A stretch of DNA of 64,000 bases, from assembly GCA_034530875.2 (NCBI GenBank), contig JAVRCJ020000023.1, positions 1-64,000 on the forward strand. The letters are read 5' to 3'. The position numbers and the translations under genes are program-made. The stretch comes from Nostoc sp. DedSLP01 (GTDB lineage: Bacteria > Cyanobacteriota > Cyanobacteriia > Cyanobacteriales > Nostocaceae). Positions 55,836-64,000 of this stretch are shown here, in pieces; positions within the stretch are counted from its first letter, which is position 1; each line of letters opens with the position of its first letter. The notes beneath the pieces were generated by a model, which did no database searches, was not told where the DNA came from, and worked only from the letters and a program-made list of their open reading frames with translations.

Positions 55836-56125
55836 TGTTCTCGACCATCGGCAAATTCTCTTCAACTATTGATAGCATGATGCATTGTCAACCCAGCAAG
55901 GATTCGGGCAGAAGATTTGGCGCGTGTGGGTTTGAGGGAATGTATCGGTTATTGGTAGCTCAATCTGCAAATGAAAGCATTATAAGAGCGATCGCTCTAG
56001 CGCTCAATCCAGATGGAATTCTTCACAGCGGGAGGTGCAACAGTCTAATAGCACCCATAATCAGGCAAAACGTATCAACTACCTGACCCCCGCTTTTGAG
56101 AACCAAAAGTGGGGGTTATTTTTTT
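55836..56125 (+). ncRNA. Candidate structured ncRNA/leader upstream of the HNH gene
   Basis: Several complementary segments, bounded by the operator repeats and an intrinsic terminator. Confidence 0.45.
56086..56125 (+). terminator. Rho-independent terminator
   Basis: ACCCCCGCTTTTG-AGAAC-CAAAAGTGGGGGT followed by TATTTTTTT. Confidence 0.8.
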
Positions 56126-56141
56126 GAGGAGCCTTTTACAC

Positions 56142-56678
56142 ATGCAAGTTCAGCAGCAAACTCAGCAACCACACATACTACAAAATTCGGTGGTGGTCTT
56201 TTCCAAGAACTACCTACCATTAGCACGTATCAACATCAAACGAGCAATAGTACTGTTAGTTACTGGTCAAGCAGAATCATTGGATTTTGGCAGTACAAAG
56301 CAGTGGGAAGTTCGTTCGCCTAGTGTTGTACTACAAGTTCCGGAACATATTCGTTTGACAACGGGTAATCCAGAACGACACTGGAAAGTACCTCCTGTGA
56401 ATCGTCGGGAAGTACTCAAGCGAGACAACCACACTTGCCAATACTGTGGAAGCGGCAAGCGTTTAACCCTAGATCACGTGATTCCTCGTTCCAAAGGCGG
56501 ACAGCATACCTGGGATAACGTTGTCACAGCTTGCGAAAAGTGTAACTCAACCAAAAGCGATCGCTTACCTCACGAAGCGTCTATGGTACTCAAAACCAAG
56601 CCTAAAGCTCCAATTCACCCTGCTGTAGCATTTGCAGAGCAGTTTTGGAGCGTACAACGCCTGAATGAAAACGAGTAA
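56142..56678 (+). CDS. HNH endonuclease (HNH_5/McrA-like)
   Basis: RDNHTCQYCG, LTLDHVIPRSKGG, NVVTACEKCN; ATG56142 after GAGGAG. Confidence 0.93.
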   Translation: MQVQQQTQQPHILQNSVVVFSKNYLPLARINIKRAIVLLVTGQAESLDFGSTKQWEVRSPSVVLQVPEHIRLTTGNPERHWKVPPVNRREVLKRDNHTCQYCGSGKRLTLDHVIPRSKGGQHTWDNVVTACEKCNSTKSDRLPHEASMVLKTKPKAPIHPAVAFAEQFWSVQRLNENE

Positions 56679-56859
56679 TTCATTCGGCTATGTGCGTAAA
56701 CGGGAATATCTAGCTATTCCAACAAATGTAGAGACGTTGCAATGCAACGTCTCTCATATTTTTTCACCAAAATTATAGAGAAATTGTAATTATTGCAATC
56801 CTGGCAAAATGAGAGTGGATTTATATAATTGTCAAATCCATTAAATCATTCTCAAGTCC

Positions 56860-58350
56860 GTGAAAAAAACAAAAGTATGGCTATTAACGATACTCGTTGT
56901 ACTAATAGCAGTAATCAACATTATCGCCGGACATAACAATCCTCTCAAAGCCGCTTCATCTTTAGGAAAAGATACCCTAACCATGATAACTTCGCCAGAT
57001 TATCCGCCTTATGAGTTTTATGATACTAAAACAGGTGAAAATCAAATCGTTGGCTTTGATATCGATATTGCCAAAACCCTTGCTGAAAAATTAGGGTTTA
57101 AACTGCAAATCATGGAATCCGATTTTAATGGCTTAATTCCTGCGCTGCAAGCAAATCGAGCAGATTTCGTAATGGCTGGGATGACTCCAACTCCAGAACG
57201 CCGAAAAAATGTTGATTTTTCTATTATTTATTATGAAGCTAAAGATACGATTGTTGCTGCCAAGGGTAGCAATCTAAAGCAGCCGCAAGATTTATCAGGT
57301 AAAAAAGTTGGAGTACAACTAGGAACTATACAAGAACAAAATGCAAAAAAGATTGCCCAAAAAGTTACGGGTATTCAGCTAAAGCAACTCAACAAAGTTC
57401 CGGAAGTAGTTCAAGAAATCAAATCTCGGCGAATTGATGCGGCAATTGTTGAGGATACTGTGGCAAAAGGATTTGCCCAAGCTAACCCAGATTTAGAATT
57501 TAATGTTATTCCTTCAGAAGAAACAAGTGGATCGGCGATCGCATTTCCCAAAAATTCTGCTTTCGTCGAACCTTTTAACAAAGTCCTGCAACAAATGAAG
57601 GACGATGGCACGTTAAATAAGCTAATAAATAAGTGGTTTTCGCAAAACATTATTACCGATACTAAATCCTCAACTCCTGCCAAAACCGGATTAAATCTCG
57701 ATTTCACAAGAATATTTCCTGATATTCCCTTTATTCTTCGGGGAATACCTTTAACTTTGTTGTTTACCTTATTATCTGTATTCTTGGGGTTAATCTGGGG
57801 AACAATACTTTCTCTATCAAAAATTATCGGCATTAAGCCGCTTACTTGGGTTGCTAATGCTTACACTTCAATCTTCCGAGGCACACCCTTACTGTTACAA
57901 TTAGCGCTGGTTTATTACGCAACACCCCAACTTACAGGTTATGATATTTCGGCATTGGAGGCAGGGGTTTTAACTTTTACTCTGAATTCTGGCGCTTATA
58001 TGTCGGAAACCATTAGAGGTGGAATTCAAGCTGTAGATAAAGGGCAAACTGAAGCGGCAATGTCTATGGGTGTTCCCTATAGATTAATGATGTGGGATAT
58101 AATTTTGCCCCAAGCCTTGAAGAACATTCTCCCAGCATTAGTAAATGAAACTATTGGATTGCTGAAAGATTCGGCGCTGGTGTCAACAATTGGTGTGGTA
58201 GAAATATTACGCAGCGCCCAAATTGTCGGTGCAAATAAATATATTTATTTTGAACCCTTGTTGTTTGCAGGGTTAATTTATTATGTTTTGGTTATGGGTC
58301 TAACATATAGCGCATCCACTTTAGAAAGGAGATTACGACAAAGTGAGTAA
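56860..58350 (+). CDS. Polar amino acid ABC transporter, fused binding protein and permease
   Basis: DYPPYEF, GFDID, FRGTPLL, AYMSETIRGGI, GQTEAA. Confidence 0.93.
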   Translation: MKKTKVWLLTILVVLIAVINIIAGHNNPLKAASSLGKDTLTMITSPDYPPYEFYDTKTGENQIVGFDIDIAKTLAEKLGFKLQIMESDFNGLIPALQANRADFVMAGMTPTPERRKNVDFSIIYYEAKDTIVAAKGSNLKQPQDLSGKKVGVQLGTIQEQNAKKIAQKVTGIQLKQLNKVPEVVQEIKSRRIDAAIVEDTVAKGFAQANPDLEFNVIPSEETSGSAIAFPKNSAFVEPFNKVLQQMKDDGTLNKLINKWFSQNIITDTKSSTPAKTGLNLDFTRIFPDIPFILRGIPLTLLFTLLSVFLGLIWGTILSLSKIIGIKPLTWVANAYTSIFRGTPLLLQLALVYYATPQLTGYDISALEAGVLTFTLNSGAYMSETIRGGIQAVDKGQTEAAMSMGVPYRLMMWDIILPQALKNILPALVNETIGLLKDSALVSTIGVVEILRSAQIVGANKYIYFEPLLFAGLIYYVLVMGLTYSASTLERRLRQSE

Positions 58351-59077
58351 TGCAGTAATTCGCACGGAATTTTTGTGTAAATCCTTTGGTAAACTCGATG
58401 TACTTAAAGATATTTCTACAGAAATTCATCGGGGTGAAGTGGTTGCCATATTAGGGCCTTCTGGTTCTGGCAAGTCTACATTTTTGCGATGCATGAATTT
58501 GCTAGAACAACCCACCAGAGGAAGAGTCTATTTTCAAGAGCAAGAAATTACCAATCCGAAGGCAAACATTGCTAAGGTTCGGCAACATTTAGTGATGGTA
58601 TTTCAACATTTTAATTTGTTTCCCCACATGACGGTGCTGCAAAATGTCACCTACGCGCCCATTAAGGTGAAAAAAATAGACAAGCAAAAAGCACAGGAAC
58701 GTGGTTTAGAATTGCTGGCGAAGGTGGGTTTAGAGCCAAAAGCTGATGTCTACCCGTCGAGGCTATCCGGGGGACAAAAACAGCGCGTTGCGATCGCTCG
58801 TGCCTTAGCAATGGAACCAGAGATGATTCTGTTTGATGAACCCACCTCTGCTTTAGATCCAGAAATGGTAAAAGATGTGCTGGAAGTGATGAAAGCTTTA
58901 GCCTTATCTGGGATGACAATGGCAATAGTTACCCATGAGATGGGTTTTGCCAGGGAAGTCGCCAATCGCATTATGTTCCTCGATGGCGGAACTTTAGCAG
59001 AAGATACTGCTCCAAGTGAGTTTTTCCAGAGTCCAAAGTGCGATCGCGCCAAGCAGTTTTTAGAAAAAATGCTTTAA
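58343..59077 (+). CDS. Polar amino acid ABC ATPase (GlnQ-like)
   Basis: GPSGSGKST, LSGGQKQRVAIAR, DEPTSALDPE. Confidence 0.94.
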   Translation: MSNAVIRTEFLCKSFGKLDVLKDISTEIHRGEVVAILGPSGSGKSTFLRCMNLLEQPTRGRVYFQEQEITNPKANIAKVRQHLVMVFQHFNLFPHMTVLQNVTYAPIKVKKIDKQKAQERGLELLAKVGLEPKADVYPSRLSGGQKQRVAIARALAMEPEMILFDEPTSALDPEMVKDVLEVMKALALSGMTMAIVTHEMGFAREVANRIMFLDGGTLAEDTAPSEFFQSPKCDRAKQFLEKML

Positions 59078-59098
59078 AACTTGAGAACTGCTATAGTA

Positions 59099-62000
59099 TT
59101 AATCGTTTTGCTTTGTGCCTAGTGTATTTCCATGACTATAAATCTCCCACATAGCAGAGTAGGCTTGTTCTAAATTGCGGGTAAATCTTAGCGTATCAAA
59201 CAAAGGATAAGTAGCGCGATTTTGTGCTAATCTGTGTTTGAGTTCTTGCAATGCTGTATCGGAATGAGCTAAATGTATTGCCAATTGCTCGTATTCTTCT
59301 AAGTTATTAGTAATTAAATCTGGTAAACCTACTGCTGTTAGCAAACTAGCAGCAACACGAGCAGCAAAAGTTTTTCCTATACAGGTGAGAACTGGTAAAC
59401 CTGCCCATAAAGCATCGCTAGCAGTAGTGTGAGCATTACAATATAAAGTATCTAAAAATAAGTCTGCTAATTGATGCCGCGCTAAATGTTCTGCTTTCGA
59501 GAGATATTGAGCAAAAATTAAGCGATCGCTATTAATTCCCCGCGCTTGGGCTTCTCTTTTGAGATTCTCCTCAGCAGCAGGAAATCTCACAAGCAACCAA
59601 AGGACGCTTCCCGGTACTGCGGCGAGAATTCTCATCCAAACATCGAAAATTTGCGGTTCAATTTTATAGTTGTTATTGAAGCAGCAAAAGACAAAACCCG
59701 CCTCTGGTAAACCATACTGAGAACGAGTCACAGGAGTAGAAGCGATAACTTGTTGGCGATCGTTGACTTGATAGCTGTGGGGTAAAGTGACTATCTTTTC
59801 GCTAAAACTATTAGCAAATTCTGGTGGCGTAACTACTGAATCGCCAATAATATAATCGATAAAGTCAGCACCCATTGTTCCAGGATAGCCCAAATAGCTA
59901 ACCTGAATTGGAGCAGGTCTTAAAGCTAAAATTGCACTGCGAGAACCAGCGGTGTAACCTTTGAGGTCTACTAATATATGAATGCCATCATCATAAATCT
60001 GGCGGGCGCTTTCTTGTATAGATAAGGTAGTAATATCTTGGAAATGTTCGCAGTTAGCAACAATGTATTGGCGGTATTCGCTGTTGTCATCTGCACCAAA
60101 AGAGTAAGCAAATATCTCAAAATTAGCTCGATTGTGTAAGTTAAATAAGCTTTTCATTAAATGACTAGTAGCATGGTTGCGAAAATCATTTGATAAATAG
60201 CCAATGCGTAGCCGCCCATTCAAAGAAGAGGAATGAATAAAATTGAGAGATTGTTTTTCGCTTGCCCATTGTGCTTTAATACTTTCTCCATGAGTCTGGG
60301 CAATTTTGAGCAGAAAATTCCTGTCCCAAGGCTTGTATAAAGTATCGAAGGGGCCGATTGTTGTCGGTTTTCCTTGTTCGACTTCCAAAAGAGTTTGTTC
60401 CCAAATGCGGGTTAAATCTGACTGACGCGTTTGCCAGTCGCAAGTCATTTCTTTGAGGTAAAACAAATAATTGAATGCTTCAGCCGATGGTTGCAGTTGT
60501 AAAACCTTTTCAAATGCTAACCTGGCTTCATCTACTTCACCTTGAGTAGCCATAGCCAAAGATAACAGCGCTGACCCTAAGCGATTATAAGCTTTAATGT
60601 AGTCTGGTTTGCGACGAATGGCACAACGATAACAAGCGATCGCACCTTGTAAATTATCTTGTGCTTCTAATACAATACCCAAATTCAGATAAGCTTCTGG
60701 ATAATTAGGATTTTTCTGTAAAGCCTTGCGAAACTTAGCTGCTGCTGCTGATAGCTTCCCTTGCATTTGCCAAACTAGACCCAGATTATTGTGAGCAAAA
60801 GCATAGTTAGGATTGCTAAGTATTGCAGATTCAAAAGAAGCGATCGCTTTTTCTAAATTTTTCTCGGCTACTTGCACCATACCTAAACTATTATGCACTT
60901 CTGCATATTTTGGGTTAATTGTCAATGCCTTTTGGTAAGCGAGAATAGCTTGGTAAATTTGCCCTTGATTGCACATAATCACGCCCAGCTGATACCAAGC
61001 AGGAGCATATTGGGGATATTGGGCGATTATTTCTTCGTATTGGGCGATCGCTTCTGTAAATTGTAGTTGTTTTTGTAAAGCAAAAGCCTGCTGATAAAGC
61101 TGTTCTACAGTTGGGAATTGCTGCGTTTGTTCTGTTGGCGAATCAGAATTAGCCCAAGCTTGATGAGGAGTTATTGCAGAGATGCTTGGATGGCTATTTT
61201 CACCAGCCAAATTTCCCTTGATGAGGGGAGAACGCGGATCGAGGGTAATTAACTGCTGAATCTCTTGAGTTTGGAATCCCAAAGCTTGCGGACGACGGAC
61301 ACCTGGTAATACCTGCACATCATAGAGTTCCGTCACTTCTCCTTCTAGACGTAGCCAGTGGACAACTTCGCCGCTTTTTAAATCAATAACCATCAAACCA
61401 CAGCGGGGTTCAGCATTTCTCTGGGCTAAATTTTCATCCAGTTTTAAGCCAGAAAAAGTTTTGTGACGGGGTTTAGATAAGCCGACAATGGCATAATCTC
61501 CACTAAATGCCAAACCACGCAGAAAACCCGGACAAAAAGTAACAGTCTGAAATTCTCCATCGCTATCGATATAGCCGAATTCCCCTGTGCCAGCATTGAG
61601 CAACCACAACTTACCCTGATAAAATCGTGGTGCATGGGGCATAGATAAACCCGTTGCAATAACCTCATCAGATTGAATATCAATAATACAGCCACCGCCT
61701 TGTCGCTTGTTCCGCCAACCATCCACCAGATCGGATTCACCGCACAGGGTAACATAGCGGGGCTTCCCGTCTACCAGCGCCAAACCATTGAGGTGACAGC
61801 GATCCTCATTGACCAAACTAGAAATAAACTTAGGCTTCCATAAAGGAATGCAACTATGGCGATCGCTCACTGTTGCTACACAATTTAATATTGTACTGAT
61901 AAACACGATGCGTTCGTTATCAGTTTCCACCACCAAATCGTGAATATCTAAATCCCCAGTAGTATAAGCAATCCGGGGAATATACAGCTTGTCATAACCA

Positions 62001-62284
62001 TCATAAAGTTGTCCTGGAGCCAGCACATTGTCTAGCTGCCACAGTTGGAATCTAGAACTAAGATAAATTCGTTCTCGTGTAGCAAATAACCCCATTGCGC
62101 GATCGAAAAAACGCTCAAATCCCGACAATTCACCGCTGGGGTTCGTTCCTATAAGCATGAGGCGCGAACTTTGATAAGTAGTGAAAGCCAAACTAATTTG
62201 CTGAATTTGTAGCCAGTCGGTGAAATGTCGCGAGGCGAGTGTTTCTATAGGGAGAGAAGCTTTAGTCGTAGATTTTTGAAGCAT
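59099..62284 (-). CDS. TIGR03032 (DUF4915) domain + TPRs + GT41 O-GlcNAc-transferase-like fusion
   Basis: EDRCHLNGL, MPHAPR; ~6 TPRs; RIGYLSNDFRNHAT, DLKGYT, PAPIQVSYLGYPGT, AHTTASDALW. Confidence 0.9.
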   Translation of the reverse strand: MLQKSTTKASLPIETLASRHFTDWLQIQQISLAFTTYQSSRLMLIGTNPSGELSGFERFFDRAMGLFATRERIYLSSRFQLWQLDNVLAPGQLYDGYDKLYIPRIAYTTGDLDIHDLVVETDNERIVFISTILNCVATVSDRHSCIPLWKPKFISSLVNEDRCHLNGLALVDGKPRYVTLCGESDLVDGWRNKRQGGGCIIDIQSDEVIATGLSMPHAPRFYQGKLWLLNAGTGEFGYIDSDGEFQTVTFCPGFLRGLAFSGDYAIVGLSKPRHKTFSGLKLDENLAQRNAEPRCGLMVIDLKSGEVVHWLRLEGEVTELYDVQVLPGVRRPQALGFQTQEIQQLITLDPRSPLIKGNLAGENSHPSISAITPHQAWANSDSPTEQTQQFPTVEQLYQQAFALQKQLQFTEAIAQYEEIIAQYPQYAPAWYQLGVIMCNQGQIYQAILAYQKALTINPKYAEVHNSLGMVQVAEKNLEKAIASFESAILSNPNYAFAHNNLGLVWQMQGKLSAAAAKFRKALQKNPNYPEAYLNLGIVLEAQDNLQGAIACYRCAIRRKPDYIKAYNRLGSALLSLAMATQGEVDEARLAFEKVLQLQPSAEAFNYLFYLKEMTCDWQTRQSDLTRIWEQTLLEVEQGKPTTIGPFDTLYKPWDRNFLLKIAQTHGESIKAQWASEKQSLNFIHSSSLNGRLRIGYLSNDFRNHATSHLMKSLFNLHNRANFEIFAYSFGADDNSEYRQYIVANCEHFQDITTLSIQESARQIYDDGIHILVDLKGYTAGSRSAILALRPAPIQVSYLGYPGTMGADFIDYIIGDSVVTPPEFANSFSEKIVTLPHSYQVNDRQQVIASTPVTRSQYGLPEAGFVFCCFNNNYKIEPQIFDVWMRILAAVPGSVLWLLVRFPAAEENLKREAQARGINSDRLIFAQYLSKAEHLARHQLADLFLDTLYCNAHTTASDALWAGLPVLTCIGKTFAARVAASLLTAVGLPDLITNNLEEYEQLAIHLAHSDTALQELKHRLAQNRATYPLFDTLRFTRNLEQAYSAMWEIYSHGNTLGTKQND

Positions 62285-62697
62285 TAGTAAAGATATAAAT
62301 TTTGACTTTTGACACTCGCGAACAACATAGTTAGAATGTTGGGCGTTCAGTTATTAAATATACATATATTCAGTTGAAGTCAACAAATACCTGAAGTTTA
62401 TTTGAGCGCTTCTTGTCTATAAAATTTACTGCCAACCTACGGTATATACCAAATTCACGCAAGGCTCAATTTAGCTTTAGTTAAGCAGAGTGAAAGGGAA
62501 AAATCAGCGTTTAAGGTTGGCTTTCGTTCCTTAACCCAATCTAGCAACTGTAAATGATTTATTAAAACCATTTACATATAAATAACCACAGCGATTTTAC
62601 TGAAGTTTTTGCTGAATTATGCTACCTAAATACGGGTATTTTTAAGCATAAAAATTAGCATTCCAATGACTACTAAATCGGGAAATACTGAAATATC

Positions 62698-64000
62698 ATG
62701 GCAACTACCAAAGCGATCGCTACAAAGCAGACTCTAGTTATCATCGACGCCGGAATTGATGACCGTCAAATACTAGAATTAGGCATCCTACCCACAGCCA
62801 AAGTAGCCGTTCTCAACAAACACATTGACGGCATCGACCAAATCAGCGCCTTATGCAAGAACCATGCGACAGCTAGCATCCAGATAATTGCCCACGGCAG
62901 CCCCGGCAGCTTGCAACTAGGTAATAGCCAACTAAATTTAAACAACCTCCACGCATATCGCCAGCAACTACAACAATGGCTGCCCACAGAAATCCTCATT
63001 TATGGGTGTGAAGTTGCCGCCACAGAAACCGGAAAAACCTTTATAGAAACCCTACACCAACTCACCGGGGCAAACATTGCTGCCTCAGCCGGAAAAATCG
63101 GCAATGCCGAACAAGGCGGAAGTTGGGAACTAGAAGTCAAGATAGGTCAAATTGACTCTACCCTAGCCTTACAACCAGAAATTAGGGAAGCTTACCCCAA
63201 AGTCTTAGCAAGCTTTGCCACTGCCAGCAACTTCACAGTCGGCACTAATCCTATATCCATCACAGTGGAAGACTTCAACGGCGACGGCAACTTGGACTTG
63301 GTTACTGCTAACAGCACCAGTAACAATGTCTCTGTGCTGCTAGGCAACGGCACAGGCGGTTTTGCTACCGCTAGCAACTTCATCACAGGCAGTCGTCCCT
63401 TTTCAGTCACAGTGGAAGACTTTAACGGCGACGGTAACCTGGACTTGGCTGTTGCTAACTACAACAGCAACACCACCTCTGTGCTGCTAGGCAACGGCAC
63501 AGGCGGCTTTGACACTGCCACCAACTTTACCGTCGGCACTCGTCCTACATCAGTCACAGCAGCAGACTTCGACGGTGATGGCAACGTGGATTTGGCTGTC
63601 GCTAACAGAACCACCAACAATGTCTCTGTCCTGCTAGGTAACGGTACAGGCGACTTTGGCACCGCCAGCAACTTCACCGTCGGCAGTAGTCCTCAGTCAG
63701 TCACAGCAGCAGACTTCAACGGCGACAACAACCTAGACTTGGTTGTTGTTAACAGAACTAGCAACAAAGTCTCAGTCCTGTTAGGGGACGGCACAGGCAG
63801 CTTTGCGACTGCCACCAACTTCACCGTCGGTACTAGTCCCTTTGAAGTCAAAGTCGCAGACTTCAACGGTGATGGCAACCTTGATTTAGCTGTCGCTAAC
63901 TACAGCAGTAACAACGTCTCGGTGCTGTTAGGCAATGGTGCTGGCAGTTTCGGCACCGCCACTAACTTCAGCGCTGGCAGTAGTCCGCGATCGCTTGTAG
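62698..64000 (+). CDS. DUF4347 + FG-GAP/VCBS repeat surface protein, runs off the window
   Basis: MATTKAIATKQTLVIIDAG, IIAHGSPG, LIYGCEVA, GGSWELE; repeats of DFNGDGNLDL...VSVLLGNGTG about every 147 nt. Confidence 0.9.
   Translation, partial: MATTKAIATKQTLVIIDAGIDDRQILELGILPTAKVAVLNKHIDGIDQISALCKNHATASIQIIAHGSPGSLQLGNSQLNLNNLHAYRQQLQQWLPTEILIYGCEVAATETGKTFIETLHQLTGANIAASAGKIGNAEQGGSWELEVKIGQIDSTLALQPEIREAYPKVLASFATASNFTVGTNPISITVEDFNGDGNLDLVTANSTSNNVSVLLGNGTGGFATASNFITGSRPFSVTVEDFNGDGNLDLAVANYNSNTTSVLLGNGTGGFDTATNFTVGTRPTSVTAADFDGDGNVDLAVANRTTNNVSVLLGNGTGDFGTASNFTVGSSPQSVTAADFNGDNNLDLVVVNRTSNKVSVLLGDGTGSFATATNFTVGTSPFEVKVADFNGDGNLDLAVANYSSNNVSVLLGNGAGSFGTATNFSAGSSPRSLV

Noticed and set aside
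55900..56080. tRNA gene (GGTAGCTCAAT motif)
   Set aside because: No T-arm GTTCRA or acceptor stem at the required spacing
55835..56086. 83-aa ORF upstream of the HNH gene
   Set aside because: No recognisable motif or RBS; the start lies in the operator repeats; better explained as structured RNA
62766..63878. Minus-strand repetitive ORFs
   Set aside because: Antisense shadows of the plus-strand DUF4347/FG-GAP gene

Overview
Chromosomal window from a heterocystous cyanobacterium (Nostoc/Anabaena-like): about 40% GC by eye, dense HIP1 octamers (GCGATCGC), STRR heptamer arrays and small dispersed palindromes. The main feature is a ~16 kb convergent RiPP gene cluster at 13899-29941. It has the NHLM-type export set (cNMP accessory protein, HlyD, C39-peptidase ABC, second ABC), four Nif11-leader double-glycine precursors with short Arg-containing cores, a leaderless relic of a fifth precursor, a fused E1/YcaO cyclodehydratase, a SagB/ThcOx oxidase and a UPF0489 peptide-arginase-like protein. 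It also has an uncharacterised, possibly ABBA-prenyltransferase-like enzyme split by a -1 shift in a T9 tract. The predicted products are short azole- and ornithine-containing, possibly prenylated peptides. Also notable: a structured ~290 nt leader RNA with operator repeats and a terminator ahead of an HNH nuclease, a stand-alone S8 prodomain-like gene divergent from an S8 protease, two orphan IS605-like right ends, several MITEs (one with filled and empty sites both in the window, one nested pair) and several gene relics. Housekeeping genes include obgE, thiC with its TPP riboswitch, glpK, ligA and ABC transporters. The window ends inside a DUF4347/FG-GAP surface protein divergent from a TIGR03032-TPR-GT41 fusion. 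All family calls come from motif recognition by eye; no searches were run.
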